The notes below the pieces were generated by a model. It was not told where the DNA came from. It saw only the letters and a program-made list of their open reading frames with translations, and searched no databases. Made by a program: the position numbers and the translations under genes. This document shows positions 21,640-32,483 of a DNA stretch of 64,000 nt, one piece after another (the first letter of the stretch is position 1; every line of letters starts with the position of its first letter). Origin of the DNA: a virus; IMG/VR virus record IMGVR_UViG_3300035034_001742, positions 15,522-79,521 of that record, one strand, 5' to 3'.

Positions 21640-21659
21640 GTATTTTTAGATGATAAATA
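21640..21659 (+). promoter_or_regulatory. Late promoter GATAAATA
   Basis: GTATTTTTAGATGATAAATA, 19/20 identical to 1678-1697. Confidence 0.7.
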
Positions 21660-21770
21660 AAGCAAGTAATAAAAAGAAACCAGATGATCATGCGGTGTGC
21701 GATGCTATTGCACACCTTGTCATAAAAGATAAAGATACTGGTAAAATAATCGTTAACAGAAGAGGATAAG

Positions 21771-22439
21771 ATGTTCGATACAAGCACAGCGAATATCAAA
21801 GGACATATCACTATTGCCGATGCAGAGACAGGTGATATTTTAGTCGACAAGCCAAATGCAATACATTTTGGTAACATCTCGACTAAAATTGCAGAAGCAT
21901 TAATTGGTAAGCCTTCGTCGTTTATTGCCTACATGGCGTTTGGAAACGGCGGTGTTACTGTGGATAACACAGGACAGATTATCTACAATGAGCCCAATGT
22001 TAGCAATACAAAAGTACCTTCGGCACAATTGTATAACACTGCATTTGTCTACGAGATAAAGAATTATAACGCAGACAACCAAAGTAACGCAACACGCGAT
22101 GCGAACACCGGCGGCGGCGTCAACAACTACGAAGATATCACAATAGTAGTTACACTGACCAGCGACATGCCCAACAATCAAATGCTGATTGATATTGCCG
22201 ATGGCTCAAACGGTGAAACAGCAACCAATACAGATTTTGTGTTTAATGAAATAGCATTATACACCGGTCTTAAAAACAAGGGTAATTTAACCGACCCTAG
22301 CGATATAACTGGGTTCTTAACAGATACGTCTGATGTTAGACCGACAATGATAACTCATGTTGTGTTTCACCCAGTTCAAAAATCACAAAACAGAACACTT
22401 GAAATAACATATAAATTACGAATACAGATGGGAAGTTAA
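21771..22439 (+). CDS. Virion structural (baseplate) protein
   Basis: MAFGNGG...FVFNEIALY...THVVFHPVQKSQNR; GAGGA SD; structural context. Confidence 0.6.
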   Translation: MFDTSTANIKGHITIADAETGDILVDKPNAIHFGNISTKIAEALIGKPSSFIAYMAFGNGGVTVDNTGQIIYNEPNVSNTKVPSAQLYNTAFVYEIKNYNADNQSNATRDANTGGGVNNYEDITIVVTLTSDMPNNQMLIDIADGSNGETATNTDFVFNEIALYTGLKNKGNLTDPSDITGFLTDTSDVRPTMITHVVFHPVQKSQNRTLEITYKLRIQMGS

Positions 22440-22441
22440 GC

Positions 22442-23746
22442 ATGGCTTACGAAATTAATAAATCCGATGGTTCGACACTAACGATCAATGATGGTCAGAT
22501 AAATGTTCAAACCAGTTTGCAACTTATTGGTAGAAACCGCGCAGATTACGGTGCACCAATAGCACAGAATTTTCTACGCATGCTTGATAACTTTGCAAAC
22601 GAAGTATCACCAGATCAGGCTGCTACTGGTACTGGTGCCGACCCTTTGATAGGGCAATTATGGTACAAGCCGAGTGTAAAACAATTAAGCGTTTACACTG
22701 CAAGTGGACCCACTGGCTGGCAAGGATTGGTTCTTGTTGCAGAGGCTGGTGAAAATACTACCATTGCAAGTTTGGTGTCGACTGAAATATTAACAGGCTC
22801 GATGTCAGTTGGCGCAGGTGGCGTGAATATTACAGACGGCGGCACACTCACAGTCGACGGTATTAGTACATTCAACAACAATGTAGATATAACTGGTAAT
22901 GTTGATGTCGACGGAAATGTGGTTATAAGCGGTAACCTCACAGTTGATACAATAGTTGGATCAAGTAACTTGGTCACAATACAAGACACACTAAGCGTCG
23001 ACAACATTAATATTACAACAGGCGCAAGTACAGCCTACACAATTAATGACGAAGGCATTGCCGCCGTAACTAGTGGAAGTGCTAGGGCACCAGTTGGTTT
23101 CTTTGGTCTTGTAAATAGTAACACCATTGTTGCTAATACAAGTATAGTAACACCCACTATCCAAACCAATGCACTGACAGCAGAAGGCGGCACCGCAACA
23201 ATTTCGGGAGCTTGGACCACAAGCAACTTTAGCTTTATTGGAGGCGGGTCACTAGGTGGCGCTTGGCAAGTACCTACCGGAAGCACATTAACTGCTAACG
23301 GTAATATTGTGATAGGCACAGGCACAATTGAAGCAAACTACGCGGATATCGCGGAACGATTCACTGCTGATAAAGTCTACACACCCGGAACACTGGTTGA
23401 TATCGGTGGGGTTGGTGAAGTGACAGAAACTGTGTTAGCATACTCAGACAATATATTTGGTGTGGTTGCTGATAGCCCGGCGTTTATACTAAACATGAAT
23501 CACTCAGATCCAAATGTAGCAGTTAATCTTGACTACATGCCTGCTATCACTTTAGTTGGACGTACACCAGTTCGCGTCATCGGTGCAGTTAGCAAAGGTG
23601 ATAGATTAACCAGCTCAAGTATTCCTGGCGTGGCCATGTCTGCTGATAAGACTCAGCTTACCATGTTTAATTACATTGGCAGAGCGTTAGAAGACAAGAC
23701 TGATGAAGCTGAGTCATTAATAATGGCAGCATTCGGAGCAAGATAA
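22442..23746 (+). CDS. Tail fibre/spike-like protein with C-terminal intramolecular-chaperone (Peptidase_G2-like) domain
   Basis: N-terminal LIGRN..YG...QNF...GQLWY attachment module; Gly/Thr-rich beta repeats; C-terminal YADIAERF...LVGRTPVRVIG..KGDRL. Confidence 0.7.
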   Translation: MAYEINKSDGSTLTINDGQINVQTSLQLIGRNRADYGAPIAQNFLRMLDNFANEVSPDQAATGTGADPLIGQLWYKPSVKQLSVYTASGPTGWQGLVLVAEAGENTTIASLVSTEILTGSMSVGAGGVNITDGGTLTVDGISTFNNNVDITGNVDVDGNVVISGNLTVDTIVGSSNLVTIQDTLSVDNINITTGASTAYTINDEGIAAVTSGSARAPVGFFGLVNSNTIVANTSIVTPTIQTNALTAEGGTATISGAWTTSNFSFIGGGSLGGAWQVPTGSTLTANGNIVIGTGTIEANYADIAERFTADKVYTPGTLVDIGGVGEVTETVLAYSDNIFGVVADSPAFILNMNHSDPNVAVNLDYMPAITLVGRTPVRVIGAVSKGDRLTSSSIPGVAMSADKTQLTMFNYIGRALEDKTDEAESLIMAAFGAR

Positions 23747-23748
23747 TA

Positions 23749-24627
23749 ATGACATATTCTGTTAACGGTAAGATACAAGCATCTGACTTCAACGGGTTTC
23801 GCACGTTAGTAAATGACGTGTACGCCGATGGCAATTCTGGTGCAACCGCAGAAGGGTCAGCCAGCTTCGGATACGGTCAGTCGCCTATCGGACCTGTATC
23901 AGTCGGTGATAAGATTGTTAAAGACAACTGGAACACATTGTTTGCGGCAATACGTGATTGTAGTACCCATCAGGGTTCGACCATTACTGACTTGCCAGCA
24001 GTAGACACAGACGATCCGGTTTTGATTATACCTACTCTTGTAGATAGAATTAATACCATTCGTACAAATCGTCTGAATCTTGATCCGTCGCTCGGTACAG
24101 TTACATCGGACACAGTTACCAATGCAACCGGTAACTGGGACGGAACGCGAACGCAGACACTTACCTCGACCTTTACTAGCTGGAATGCAATGCGTTACTT
24201 CTTTAATGGCGGTGGTGAAATAAGATTTGCATTTACCTTCACCGGTACACCTAATAACACAACTGAAACTAACTGGATAGGAATGTCCAGCGCAGTCGAT
24301 TTAGTTCGCGTTGGCGAAACGACAACTATATCTAACGGTGGCGTCGGTGCATCGAATCTAGGACTATACGACTTTACTGCATCAACTCAAACAATATTCA
24401 GTTATACACCAAGCTTGTATACGTCCGAGCAGTATATCATCCAGGCAAGATTGAATGGTGCACCTGGTTCAGCAACTGCTATTATTTTCACGCTATCGTT
24501 TGTTACACCGGCAGGCGGTGATGTTATAGATTTAACACTCAATAGTCGTACTTATAACCTTAATCCTTCAACACCCGGGATTACAATTGCATCTCCTACC
24601 ATGAGTGCAAGTTCGATTACTCCGTAA
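23749..24627 (+). CDS. Virion structural protein (tail-associated)
   Basis: Thr/Gly/Ser-rich, MRYFFNGGGEIRF motif, tail-gene context. Confidence 0.55.
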   Translation: MTYSVNGKIQASDFNGFRTLVNDVYADGNSGATAEGSASFGYGQSPIGPVSVGDKIVKDNWNTLFAAIRDCSTHQGSTITDLPAVDTDDPVLIIPTLVDRINTIRTNRLNLDPSLGTVTSDTVTNATGNWDGTRTQTLTSTFTSWNAMRYFFNGGGEIRFAFTFTGTPNNTTETNWIGMSSAVDLVRVGETTTISNGGVGASNLGLYDFTASTQTIFSYTPSLYTSEQYIIQARLNGAPGSATAIIFTLSFVTPAGGDVIDLTLNSRTYNLNPSTPGITIASPTMSASSITP

Positions 24628-24663
24628 CAAATCATAATATAAAAGGTCCAGTGTTGTTCTCAG

Positions 24664-24671
24664 CATAAATA
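24664..24671 (+). promoter_or_regulatory. Probable late promoter CATAAATA
   Basis: Variant octamer 30 nt before ATG 24702. Confidence 0.5.
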
Positions 24672-24701
24672 GCTAAAACTACATAACACAGAGAACAATA
24701 C

Positions 24702-25049
24702 ATGGATCCGAAGTTAGCAAGAGCCCTCGAGTTTTCTCAGTATCGAGAAACCCTAAACAACCAAATGCAAGCCTTAAAATCTCAAGTAGAAGTAAAGCTC
24801 ATGCATTCTATTAACGGCGGCACGTTTCGAGTATCACCTGAGTTAATTACATTTGTTGATTTATTAATAGCTAAGGGACAGTCTGAAACTGTACTGCTTG
24901 ACATCAACAATACACCTATTAAAATCGCAGACTTAGCAGATTTCAGCACAGACATCTTATCACGCTATCACGAAGTTACTAACGACTATCTCACGCAATA
25001 CGAAAATATTCGTAAGGCTCGCTCGGTCACCAAAATAGTAGGGAAATAA
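24702..25049 (+). CDS. Hypothetical protein, possible tail-fibre assembly chaperone
   Basis: GGTF...LLDINNTPI...DF pattern and position after the fibre genes. Confidence 0.45.
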   Translation: MDPKLARALEFSQYRETLNNQMQALKSQVEVKLMHSINGGTFRVSPELITFVDLLIAKGQSETVLLDINNTPIKIADLADFSTDILSRYHEVTNDYLTQYENIRKARSVTKIVGK

Positions 25050-25052
25050 ACA

Positions 25053-25940
25053 ATGTCAAAGGGTGCAATGATGTTTGCACACAACAACGAAGAAATTGAC
25101 TACATCAAGATTGCATGTTTAAATGCACTAATGATACAAGCGAATCTCGATGTTGGTGTAACACTAGTAACTGATGTCGGTACATTAAAGTGGGCCAAAG
25201 AATCTCTAGGAGCCGATTATCTCGACCAGTGCTTTGAGATTATTATAAGTGAAGATCCGGACTATGTGTACAAGCAAAACAATATTCGCGTATTTAGAGA
25301 TACAGTATACACCACCAAGCATTTGCCTTTTTACAATTGCGATCACTGGAAAGCATACGAGTTATCTCCATACGACGAAACACTGTTCATCGATGCAGAC
25401 TATTTGATAATGAGCGATGCATTAAACAGATGCTGGGGTTCGGCGCACGAAGTAATGATCAACAAAGACATAAGCGAATTGTACTTTGGTCGCACACAAG
25501 AAAATAGCACAGTGGGCAAATCGGGCATTGACACATACTGGGCAACATGTATATACTTTCAGAAGTCAGAGCTAGCAGAGCATTTGTTTTACATGGTAAA
25601 ATACATTTACGACAACTATGCTTACTATCGCGACCTGTATACAACTCCTAATTCGATGTTTCGAAATGACTATGCATTCAGCATTGCAGTACACATAATG
25701 AATGGATTTAGTAACAGTGACTTAATAAAGCAATTGCCAATCCCGGCATTGTACAAATCATTTGACAATGACGATATAGTTAGCATCAATGGCGTTAATG
25801 ATATTACATTGCTACTCGAAAAACCTAAGTGCCACGGCGATTATATATTGTCCAGGTTCAAGGGAATGGATGTTCATGTCATGAACAAGTGGGCAATACT
25901 TCGCAATTACGATAAGCTAAAGGAGTTATACAGTGAGTAG
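25053..25940 (+). CDS. Glycosyltransferase, GT-A fold (GT8-like)
   Basis: SPYDETLFIDADYL (DxD motif), FRNDYAFS; paralog of the next gene. Confidence 0.75.
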   Translation: MSKGAMMFAHNNEEIDYIKIACLNALMIQANLDVGVTLVTDVGTLKWAKESLGADYLDQCFEIIISEDPDYVYKQNNIRVFRDTVYTTKHLPFYNCDHWKAYELSPYDETLFIDADYLIMSDALNRCWGSAHEVMINKDISELYFGRTQENSTVGKSGIDTYWATCIYFQKSELAEHLFYMVKYIYDNYAYYRDLYTTPNSMFRNDYAFSIAVHIMNGFSNSDLIKQLPIPALYKSFDNDDIVSINGVNDITLLLEKPKCHGDYILSRFKGMDVHVMNKWAILRNYDKLKELYSE

Positions 25941-26790
25941 AGGATATTTAGTCATTGCACAAAACTCCGGTGACATAGACTACATACGTCAAGCATACGC
26001 ATTAGCACTAAGCATAAAGAACACACAGCGCATAAACAGCTTTGCCATTGCAGTTGCAGAGAATGATATAGATCTCATTCCTAAGGACTATTTAGACGTG
26101 TTTGATCACGTGGTCGAGATACCTTATACCGATCATGCCGAAGGCGAACAGTGGAAGATACAAAATAAATGGAAGTATTACTACATGACTCCATTTGATG
26201 AAACTGTTATACTTGACACCGACATGATATTCACCGCTGATGTTAGTTTTTGGTGGGACCACCTTGCAGAACGCGAAGCTTGGTTCACTACCAATGTTAA
26301 AACTTTCCGTGGTACTGATGTCACTTCTGATCACTACCGAAAAACATTTACCAGCAACCATTTGCCTAACGTATACACTGCATTTGCTTATTTTAGAAAA
26401 ACTAAAAAAGTAGCAGAGTTATTTGAGTTGACCGAAACCATATTCCACAACTGGGAAAAGTTCTACTTTGAATTTTTAGACGACACCAAGCCAGACTGGT
26501 TATCGGGTGATGTGGCGTATGCACTTGCAATAAAGTTACTTGGATACGAACACGAATTCACACAACCGTTGAAAAATATACCAACGTTTGTACACATGAA
26601 AACAAAATTACAAGACCACAACAACGACATACCATCGGAAGAGTGGACCAAGCACTTGCCGTCGTATTTTAAAACAAATGGCGACTTAAAAATAGGTAAC
26701 TTTAATCAGTTCTATCCTGTTCACTATCACGACAAAGCTTGGTTAACTGATCTAGTTGTTAAACGGTTAGAGGACATTTATTATGGATAA
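25933..26790 (+). CDS. Glycosyltransferase, GT-A fold (GT8-like)
   Basis: TPFDETVILDTDMIF (DxD motif), FVHMK, PVHYH. Confidence 0.78.
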   Translation: MSRGYLVIAQNSGDIDYIRQAYALALSIKNTQRINSFAIAVAENDIDLIPKDYLDVFDHVVEIPYTDHAEGEQWKIQNKWKYYYMTPFDETVILDTDMIFTADVSFWWDHLAEREAWFTTNVKTFRGTDVTSDHYRKTFTSNHLPNVYTAFAYFRKTKKVAELFELTETIFHNWEKFYFEFLDDTKPDWLSGDVAYALAIKLLGYEHEFTQPLKNIPTFVHMKTKLQDHNNDIPSEEWTKHLPSYFKTNGDLKIGNFNQFYPVHYHDKAWLTDLVVKRLEDIYYG

Positions 26791-27370
26791 GAAAATGTAT
26801 GTGTTCTTTAACGAAGATGGTGATATAATGTCTGTATCACCTCGGTCTACAACTGATTTAGAAAATATACAGTCTGCTGAGCTACCGCGTCAGCAAGCAA
26901 TTGATTTTTTGTCCGGTACAAAGAACATGTATCGTTATGCAATTGTAGCAGATAAGGAAACCGGTAACTTCAAGTGTGTATCAAAAGAAACTGAAGTAAG
27001 TCAGCTCAACACAGTAGGTAGGTATTTAACAGAAGTCACCTCCGAGTTTTACGACAAACACGACATAATGATTGAACATGATGTCCGTCGTAAAAAGTTG
27101 CGCATTACCATGTCAGGCACAGGCATCAGTAAGGCTGATACCAAGCGTAACAAAACACTTATATCGAACCATCGTAAATTATCTTTTTATTTTACTTTAT
27201 TTGGTGATCCAAATATGTTAATATGCGGTTTCGATGTAACTGTCAAGGAACTTGTAGACGGTGACGTATGTGTGAGTTTTGAGCACCTTGATAGTGAGCT
27301 AAATAATGCGACACTATTTACAAAGCAGATCCTAAGCAAGTATCATTATAGGAAGTTACAATACACATGA
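26783..27370 (+). CDS. Hypothetical protein
   Basis: 195-aa ORF overlapping both neighbours. Confidence 0.7.
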   Translation: MDKKMYVFFNEDGDIMSVSPRSTTDLENIQSAELPRQQAIDFLSGTKNMYRYAIVADKETGNFKCVSKETEVSQLNTVGRYLTEVTSEFYDKHDIMIEHDVRRKKLRITMSGTGISKADTKRNKTLISNHRKLSFYFTLFGDPNMLICGFDVTVKELVDGDVCVSFEHLDSELNNATLFTKQILSKYHYRKLQYT

Positions 27371-28353
27371 CAACAGAATTAAATCAATTAGATGTTATTT
27401 TTATCAGCTTTGATGAAGATAATTGCGAACAGAACTGGGCAGACTTGTTGACCAAGGTTCCATGGGCACAGCGCGTTCATGGTGTAGAAGGCTCCGATGC
27501 GGCACACAAAGCCGCGGCACAGTTAAGCAGTACAGATAGATTCATAAGCGTGGACGCAGACAACATTGTTGATATTAAATTCTTTGATCAGAAGATTGAC
27601 TTCGAGAACGAAAAGTTCAAAGACAAAGTTGTTAGCTGGACTGCAAAGAATCACATCAACGGCTTGGAGTACGGCAACGGTGGACTAAAATGTTGGCCAG
27701 TTGAATATGTAATGAACATGCGCACACACGAAGCTGCCGAGGATGATAAGAACCAAGTTGATTTCTGTTGGGAAGACACCTACGTACAAATGAACAATCG
27801 TTTTTGTACAACATTTCCAAATGGATCGCCACGCCAAGCATTTAGAGCAGGGTTTAGAGAAGGTGTTAAAATGTCTCTGGACCAAGGCAAGAAAGTAAAC
27901 TACAAAGGCATAAAGAATAACATTTGGTGGGGCAACTACAATCGTCTTGTTATATGGGCCACTGTAGGAGCCGATGCCGCTAATGGCGACTGGGCAGTTT
28001 ACGGTGCAAGACTTGGCTTTTACATGACCAATCTCACCGACTGGGACTTTGTGAATGTAAGAGACTTTGCATATCTTAATAAGCTGTTTGCAGAAACAGT
28101 AGGTCCGCAGTTTGCAAGCAAAGACACCCATAGTTTTTATTGTCATAACTCCAAGTACTCGTGGAGCAAAGTAAAACTCGACGAAGAAATAAAACGGTTA
28201 GGCATGATTATACGCAAGGAATCAGGCATGGAAATTGCTGAACTTGACTGTACGCAAAGCCGTTTCTTTAAGGGCGCATATATAAACTTACCACGTACAG
28301 GATCCTACGTAACCGAAGATGAAATGAATCAACTTCGTGATTTAAACAGCTAA
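27367..28353 (+). CDS. Glycosyltransferase-like protein (GT-A/GT2-like)
   Basis: DVIFISFDE...RVHGVEGSDAAHKAAA...FISVDADN (DxD motif)...AFRAGFREGVK. Confidence 0.65.
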   Translation: MTTELNQLDVIFISFDEDNCEQNWADLLTKVPWAQRVHGVEGSDAAHKAAAQLSSTDRFISVDADNIVDIKFFDQKIDFENEKFKDKVVSWTAKNHINGLEYGNGGLKCWPVEYVMNMRTHEAAEDDKNQVDFCWEDTYVQMNNRFCTTFPNGSPRQAFRAGFREGVKMSLDQGKKVNYKGIKNNIWWGNYNRLVIWATVGADAANGDWAVYGARLGFYMTNLTDWDFVNVRDFAYLNKLFAETVGPQFASKDTHSFYCHNSKYSWSKVKLDEEIKRLGMIIRKESGMEIAELDCTQSRFFKGAYINLPRTGSYVTEDEMNQLRDLNS

Positions 28354-28372
28354 CACAACACAGGATACAAAT

Positions 28373-29770
28373 ATGTCAGGAGAAATGGAACGACTTGCAA
28401 AAGTCAAGACCAAACTGGATGCGATTAGCCCCTCATTCTGTACTGCAAAGTGGTTACAAGTAACATTGCATCTGCAAAATGGATTTAATCACAGTTGCCA
28501 CCATCCTAAAACACACAAGATTCCGTTAGAAGAAATAGCTAATAATCCTAGTGCATTGCACAATACTCAGTACAAAAAGCAACAACGTAAGATGATGATC
28601 GAAGGCAAGCGCCCCGATGAGTGTCAGTATTGCTGGAATGTAGAAGACTTACCAGGCGACCAATTATCAGATAGGTATATCAAGTCAGGCGACATTACCT
28701 GGGCCAATGATAAAATAGAAGAAATTGCACAAAGCGATTGGCGAGATGATGTTACACCCACTTATGTAGAAGTAAGCTTTTCAAATCATTGTAACTTCAA
28801 GTGTTCGTACTGTTCTCCAGTACATTCGTCGCAGTGGGCAAAGGAAGCCGCAGAGTTCGGACCGTACCCAACTAGTCAAAAATTCAACGGTATCGAATAC
28901 CTTAAGCAAACTGGACAAATGCCAATACCGCACGATGAGTATAATCCGTATGTCGAGGCATTTTGGGAATGGTGGCCCGAGCTAAGTAAAACGCTTAGAG
29001 TATTCCGTGTAACAGGCGGTGACCCGCTAATGGAAAAGAATACGTTTAAGGTAATGGACAGAATTATTGCTGATCCTATTCCTGCATTAGAGCTCAGCGT
29101 AAACACTAACGGTGGCGTATCAGATAGTCGCATACGCAAGTATGTCGAGAAAGCCAAGCAAGTTGAGAAAGTAATAAGATTAAATCGTGTGTACACCAGT
29201 GTCGACACACATGGCAAGCAAGCCGAGTACATCAGAAGCGGACTTGAATACGATCGCTGGCTGTCGAACATAGATTACATGATGACCGAGCTACCACTTA
29301 CCAAGTTTACAATTATGTGTACTGCAAATATCTTTAGTGTGGTCAACTTTAAACTGCTACTCGAAGACGTATACAAACTGAAGTTAAAGCATTACAGTAA
29401 ACATCGTAAGGTTGCTATCACAATTGATACTTCTATATTGCGCTGGCCTGGTCACCAACGTGCAAACATATTACCACCTGAGTATGCAGACATGATGCAA
29501 CCAGCTCTTGATTATATGCGAGCACATGAAGAAGGCAACGAAGAAAACAATATACCGCATTATCAAGGCTTCTTTGATTTTGAAATTGCAAAGCTAGAAC
29601 GTTTTATTGAATTCATCAAGGCGCCAAAGCATGCAAACGAAGACTACGATCTAGCAACAACACGAAAAGACTTTGTTAAGTTTGTCGATGAGCACGATCG
29701 CAGACGTGGCACAGACTTTAAAGGAACCTTTCCGGAGTTGCTTGATTTTTATAATACACACAAGGAGTAG
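28373..29770 (+). CDS. Radical SAM protein with N-terminal SPASM/twitch-like Cys domain
   Basis: CNFKCSYC; TGGDP; N-terminal FCTAKW...SCHHP...ECQYCW. Confidence 0.9.
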   Translation: MSGEMERLAKVKTKLDAISPSFCTAKWLQVTLHLQNGFNHSCHHPKTHKIPLEEIANNPSALHNTQYKKQQRKMMIEGKRPDECQYCWNVEDLPGDQLSDRYIKSGDITWANDKIEEIAQSDWRDDVTPTYVEVSFSNHCNFKCSYCSPVHSSQWAKEAAEFGPYPTSQKFNGIEYLKQTGQMPIPHDEYNPYVEAFWEWWPELSKTLRVFRVTGGDPLMEKNTFKVMDRIIADPIPALELSVNTNGGVSDSRIRKYVEKAKQVEKVIRLNRVYTSVDTHGKQAEYIRSGLEYDRWLSNIDYMMTELPLTKFTIMCTANIFSVVNFKLLLEDVYKLKLKHYSKHRKVAITIDTSILRWPGHQRANILPPEYADMMQPALDYMRAHEEGNEENNIPHYQGFFDFEIAKLERFIEFIKAPKHANEDYDLATTRKDFVKFVDEHDRRRGTDFKGTFPELLDFYNTHKE

Positions 29771-29773
29771 ACA

Positions 29774-30817
29774 GTGATTGACATTGTTGACGGTGGTTTG
29801 CCAGAGCATTGGGAAATTACAAAAGAATATAATCAGACAATTTATTATATCACAAAACAAATTAACACTCGTTTCCCACGCGATAGAAATTTGCTTATTA
29901 GCACACAATGGGAATGGATGATACCGCCTGATAAAAATTTAAACAGTCCACGGTACGAAAAGCAATACGATAATGTGTTTATACTGTCCACTCTCGATAC
30001 TGTTCCGCGTGACCGTGTAGAAGAATACGAAGCAAAGGGTATTAATGTTTATTACATAGGCAATACTACCGGCCGTGGTTATTTTAGTTTTCATAGCATA
30101 AACAGCAAGCATTTTAAACAGTATACCAACCAAGAACTGGAACCGGTGTCATTTAAAAACAAGTTTTTATGTTACAACAGAAATCCACATGAACACAGGC
30201 TCAAACTTGTAAACGAGATTGTAAAACGTGGACTAGACAAACAAGGCGTAGTTACGCTAGGCGACAACTTTTACACTCACAATGTCACTGGCAAGTATCC
30301 ACTTGCACATGCTGCCGCACCTCGTTCAGTTGAGGAAAATATTAACCAACTAATAACGCAAGGCGATGCCGAAGCGTTAAATGAGTTGACAATACCGCAT
30401 GATACCTATACACTGGGTAACATGGAAATATGGCAAAATACGTTTTTGGTTGTTGTAACTGAGACATCAGTTGAGTCTAACATGCACATAACAGAAAAGA
30501 TACTCAAGCCAATGATTGGCAAGCGTCCGTATATAGTGTTAGGTGATGTCGGACTTGAAGATCACTTACAGACGTGCGGATTTAAGTCGTTTGGTAAATA
30601 TTTCGACACAGCGTTTGACAAACTACCTTCCTATAGCATGGAAAAGTATGTTGCCATATGCGAAATTATCGAACAAATTACAAACAAGTCCGAGCAAGAG
30701 TTGCAAGAACTGTACAACGACATGCGACCAACCATTGAACACAATCACGAAAATGTTAAATGGTTCCAGGATCATAATCAATTAAAGATACAAAACAAAG
30801 GACTTTTTAGGTTATAA
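29774..30817 (+). CDS. GT10-like (GT-B) glycosyltransferase-related protein
   Basis: FLCYNR..H.HR...FLVVVTET...ITEKILKP. Confidence 0.55.
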   Translation: MIDIVDGGLPEHWEITKEYNQTIYYITKQINTRFPRDRNLLISTQWEWMIPPDKNLNSPRYEKQYDNVFILSTLDTVPRDRVEEYEAKGINVYYIGNTTGRGYFSFHSINSKHFKQYTNQELEPVSFKNKFLCYNRNPHEHRLKLVNEIVKRGLDKQGVVTLGDNFYTHNVTGKYPLAHAAAPRSVEENINQLITQGDAEALNELTIPHDTYTLGNMEIWQNTFLVVVTETSVESNMHITEKILKPMIGKRPYIVLGDVGLEDHLQTCGFKSFGKYFDTAFDKLPSYSMEKYVAICEIIEQITNKSEQELQELYNDMRPTIEHNHENVKWFQDHNQLKIQNKGLFRL

Positions 30818-30818
30818 T

Positions 30819-32483
30819 ATGGCTAAAAAACAAGGCGAGTCGTACAGAGAATATAGAGATAGAGTTGTAGACCCTATCTCCGGGGCCTTCTGTGGTGCCA
30901 AATGGTACAATGCAACCATATGGTTAAACAACGGCACAACTACTAGCTGTCACCACCCACCCGCGCACAAAATAGTCGACTTCGAAAACGGAGAGACATA
31001 TGAAGACCTTAAAGCCAATCCTTCATTGATACACAACACCACATACAAGAAGAATGTGCGCAAGCAAATGCTCATGGGCGAACGTCCTAAGGAATGCGAG
31101 TATTGCTGGAAAATTGAAGACTTAGGTCAAGACAAAATTTCCGATCGCGTGTTCAAGAGTGTTATATACACCGATGAAGAGCTTGAAGAATGCCGTGACG
31201 TACATGCCGAAACAGAAGATGTCGATTTAAAGACATTAGAAATTGCGTTCGATTCAAACTGCAACTTTGCATGTTCATATTGTAATGCAAGTTTCTCAAC
31301 CACATGGCAAAAGGATATTCGTCAGAATGGCGCATACCAAAACCTACACAGCGATGGCGCAAGAGCATTCCAGCAAGACGGTGGGTGGACCAAGCAGTTC
31401 AAGAAGAACGAAGCCAATCCGTACACAGAAGCTTTTTGGGACTGGTGGCCTAAACTTAGTAAATCACTGGATCAGTTGCGTGTAACAGGCGGCGATCCTC
31501 CTATGAGCCCAGACTTCTGGAAGCTTGTAGACTGGTGGAAAGACAACGGGCAAGATTTAGACATGAAGTTCGCAGTAAACAGTAACATGGGCCATAAAGG
31601 CAAGACCATGGATAAGTTTGTTGAGTGTTCGCACATTTTTAAAGAATTTATTGTTTACACTTCAAACGAGTCCACGTATGCGCAAGCAGAGTACATTCGC
31701 GATGGTCTAGAATGGTCCTACTGGAAAGAGTCAGTTAATAGATTACTTCAGGAAGGTAGTGTACAGGAGTTGCATGTGATGATGACAATCAACAGTTTAT
31801 GTTTGTTTAGCATTACTGACTTCATGGACTATTGCAACACACTCAAGCGCAAGTACGGACACATGTATGGTGTTTGTTCTGTTAATATATTGCGTTTTCC
31901 AAGTTTCCAAGCACCGGGCACATTGCCTGCAGAGATACGCCACGAACGTGCCGACCATATAGAAAGATGGTTAGCTGATAATCGTGATAATGGTGTTATG
32001 CATGACATGGAAATAGACGGTGTTGACCGATTGGTAGAGTATTTGCGTAGTGTAGATGAGCCACATAGGTACACCAGCTCAATTGAGTCGCGCCACAAGG
32101 ACTTTAAATCGTTTTACAAGCAGTACGACGAACGCCGAGGAAAGGACTTCGTGTCTGCATTTCCTGAATTAGCCGAGTGGTATAACAGCTTACCTTATCA
32201 AGAGTCAATACCAATTTTGCAATTGTACGACGGCGACTCAAGCAAAGGAACAGCAGATCGCAGAGAGCTTGAAGTTCGTGCCAAGACAGACGAGTGGAAA
32301 AACCAAAATACTAACCCCGGTGCCAAGGAGTACAAGGAGAAGAAGTATAATGTTGTAGACTTATCGAGCCTAGGAATTACCGAGCTGAGAAAAGTCTACA
32401 AGCAAGTGTCAGTGGAGGCAATGAATGTCGACTGGGAACGATCGGAGCTCATTGAAGAAATACTTAGGGAACAGGAAAAGTAA
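30819..32483 (+). CDS. Radical SAM protein with N-terminal twitch-like domain and C-terminal extension
   Basis: CNFACSYC; TGGDP; FCGAKW...SCHHP...ECEYCW. Confidence 0.9.
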   Translation: MAKKQGESYREYRDRVVDPISGAFCGAKWYNATIWLNNGTTTSCHHPPAHKIVDFENGETYEDLKANPSLIHNTTYKKNVRKQMLMGERPKECEYCWKIEDLGQDKISDRVFKSVIYTDEELEECRDVHAETEDVDLKTLEIAFDSNCNFACSYCNASFSTTWQKDIRQNGAYQNLHSDGARAFQQDGGWTKQFKKNEANPYTEAFWDWWPKLSKSLDQLRVTGGDPPMSPDFWKLVDWWKDNGQDLDMKFAVNSNMGHKGKTMDKFVECSHIFKEFIVYTSNESTYAQAEYIRDGLEWSYWKESVNRLLQEGSVQELHVMMTINSLCLFSITDFMDYCNTLKRKYGHMYGVCSVNILRFPSFQAPGTLPAEIRHERADHIERWLADNRDNGVMHDMEIDGVDRLVEYLRSVDEPHRYTSSIESRHKDFKSFYKQYDERRGKDFVSAFPELAEWYNSLPYQESIPILQLYDGDSSKGTADRRELEVRAKTDEWKNQNTNPGAKEYKEKKYNVVDLSSLGITELRKVYKQVSVEAMNVDWERSELIEEILREQEK

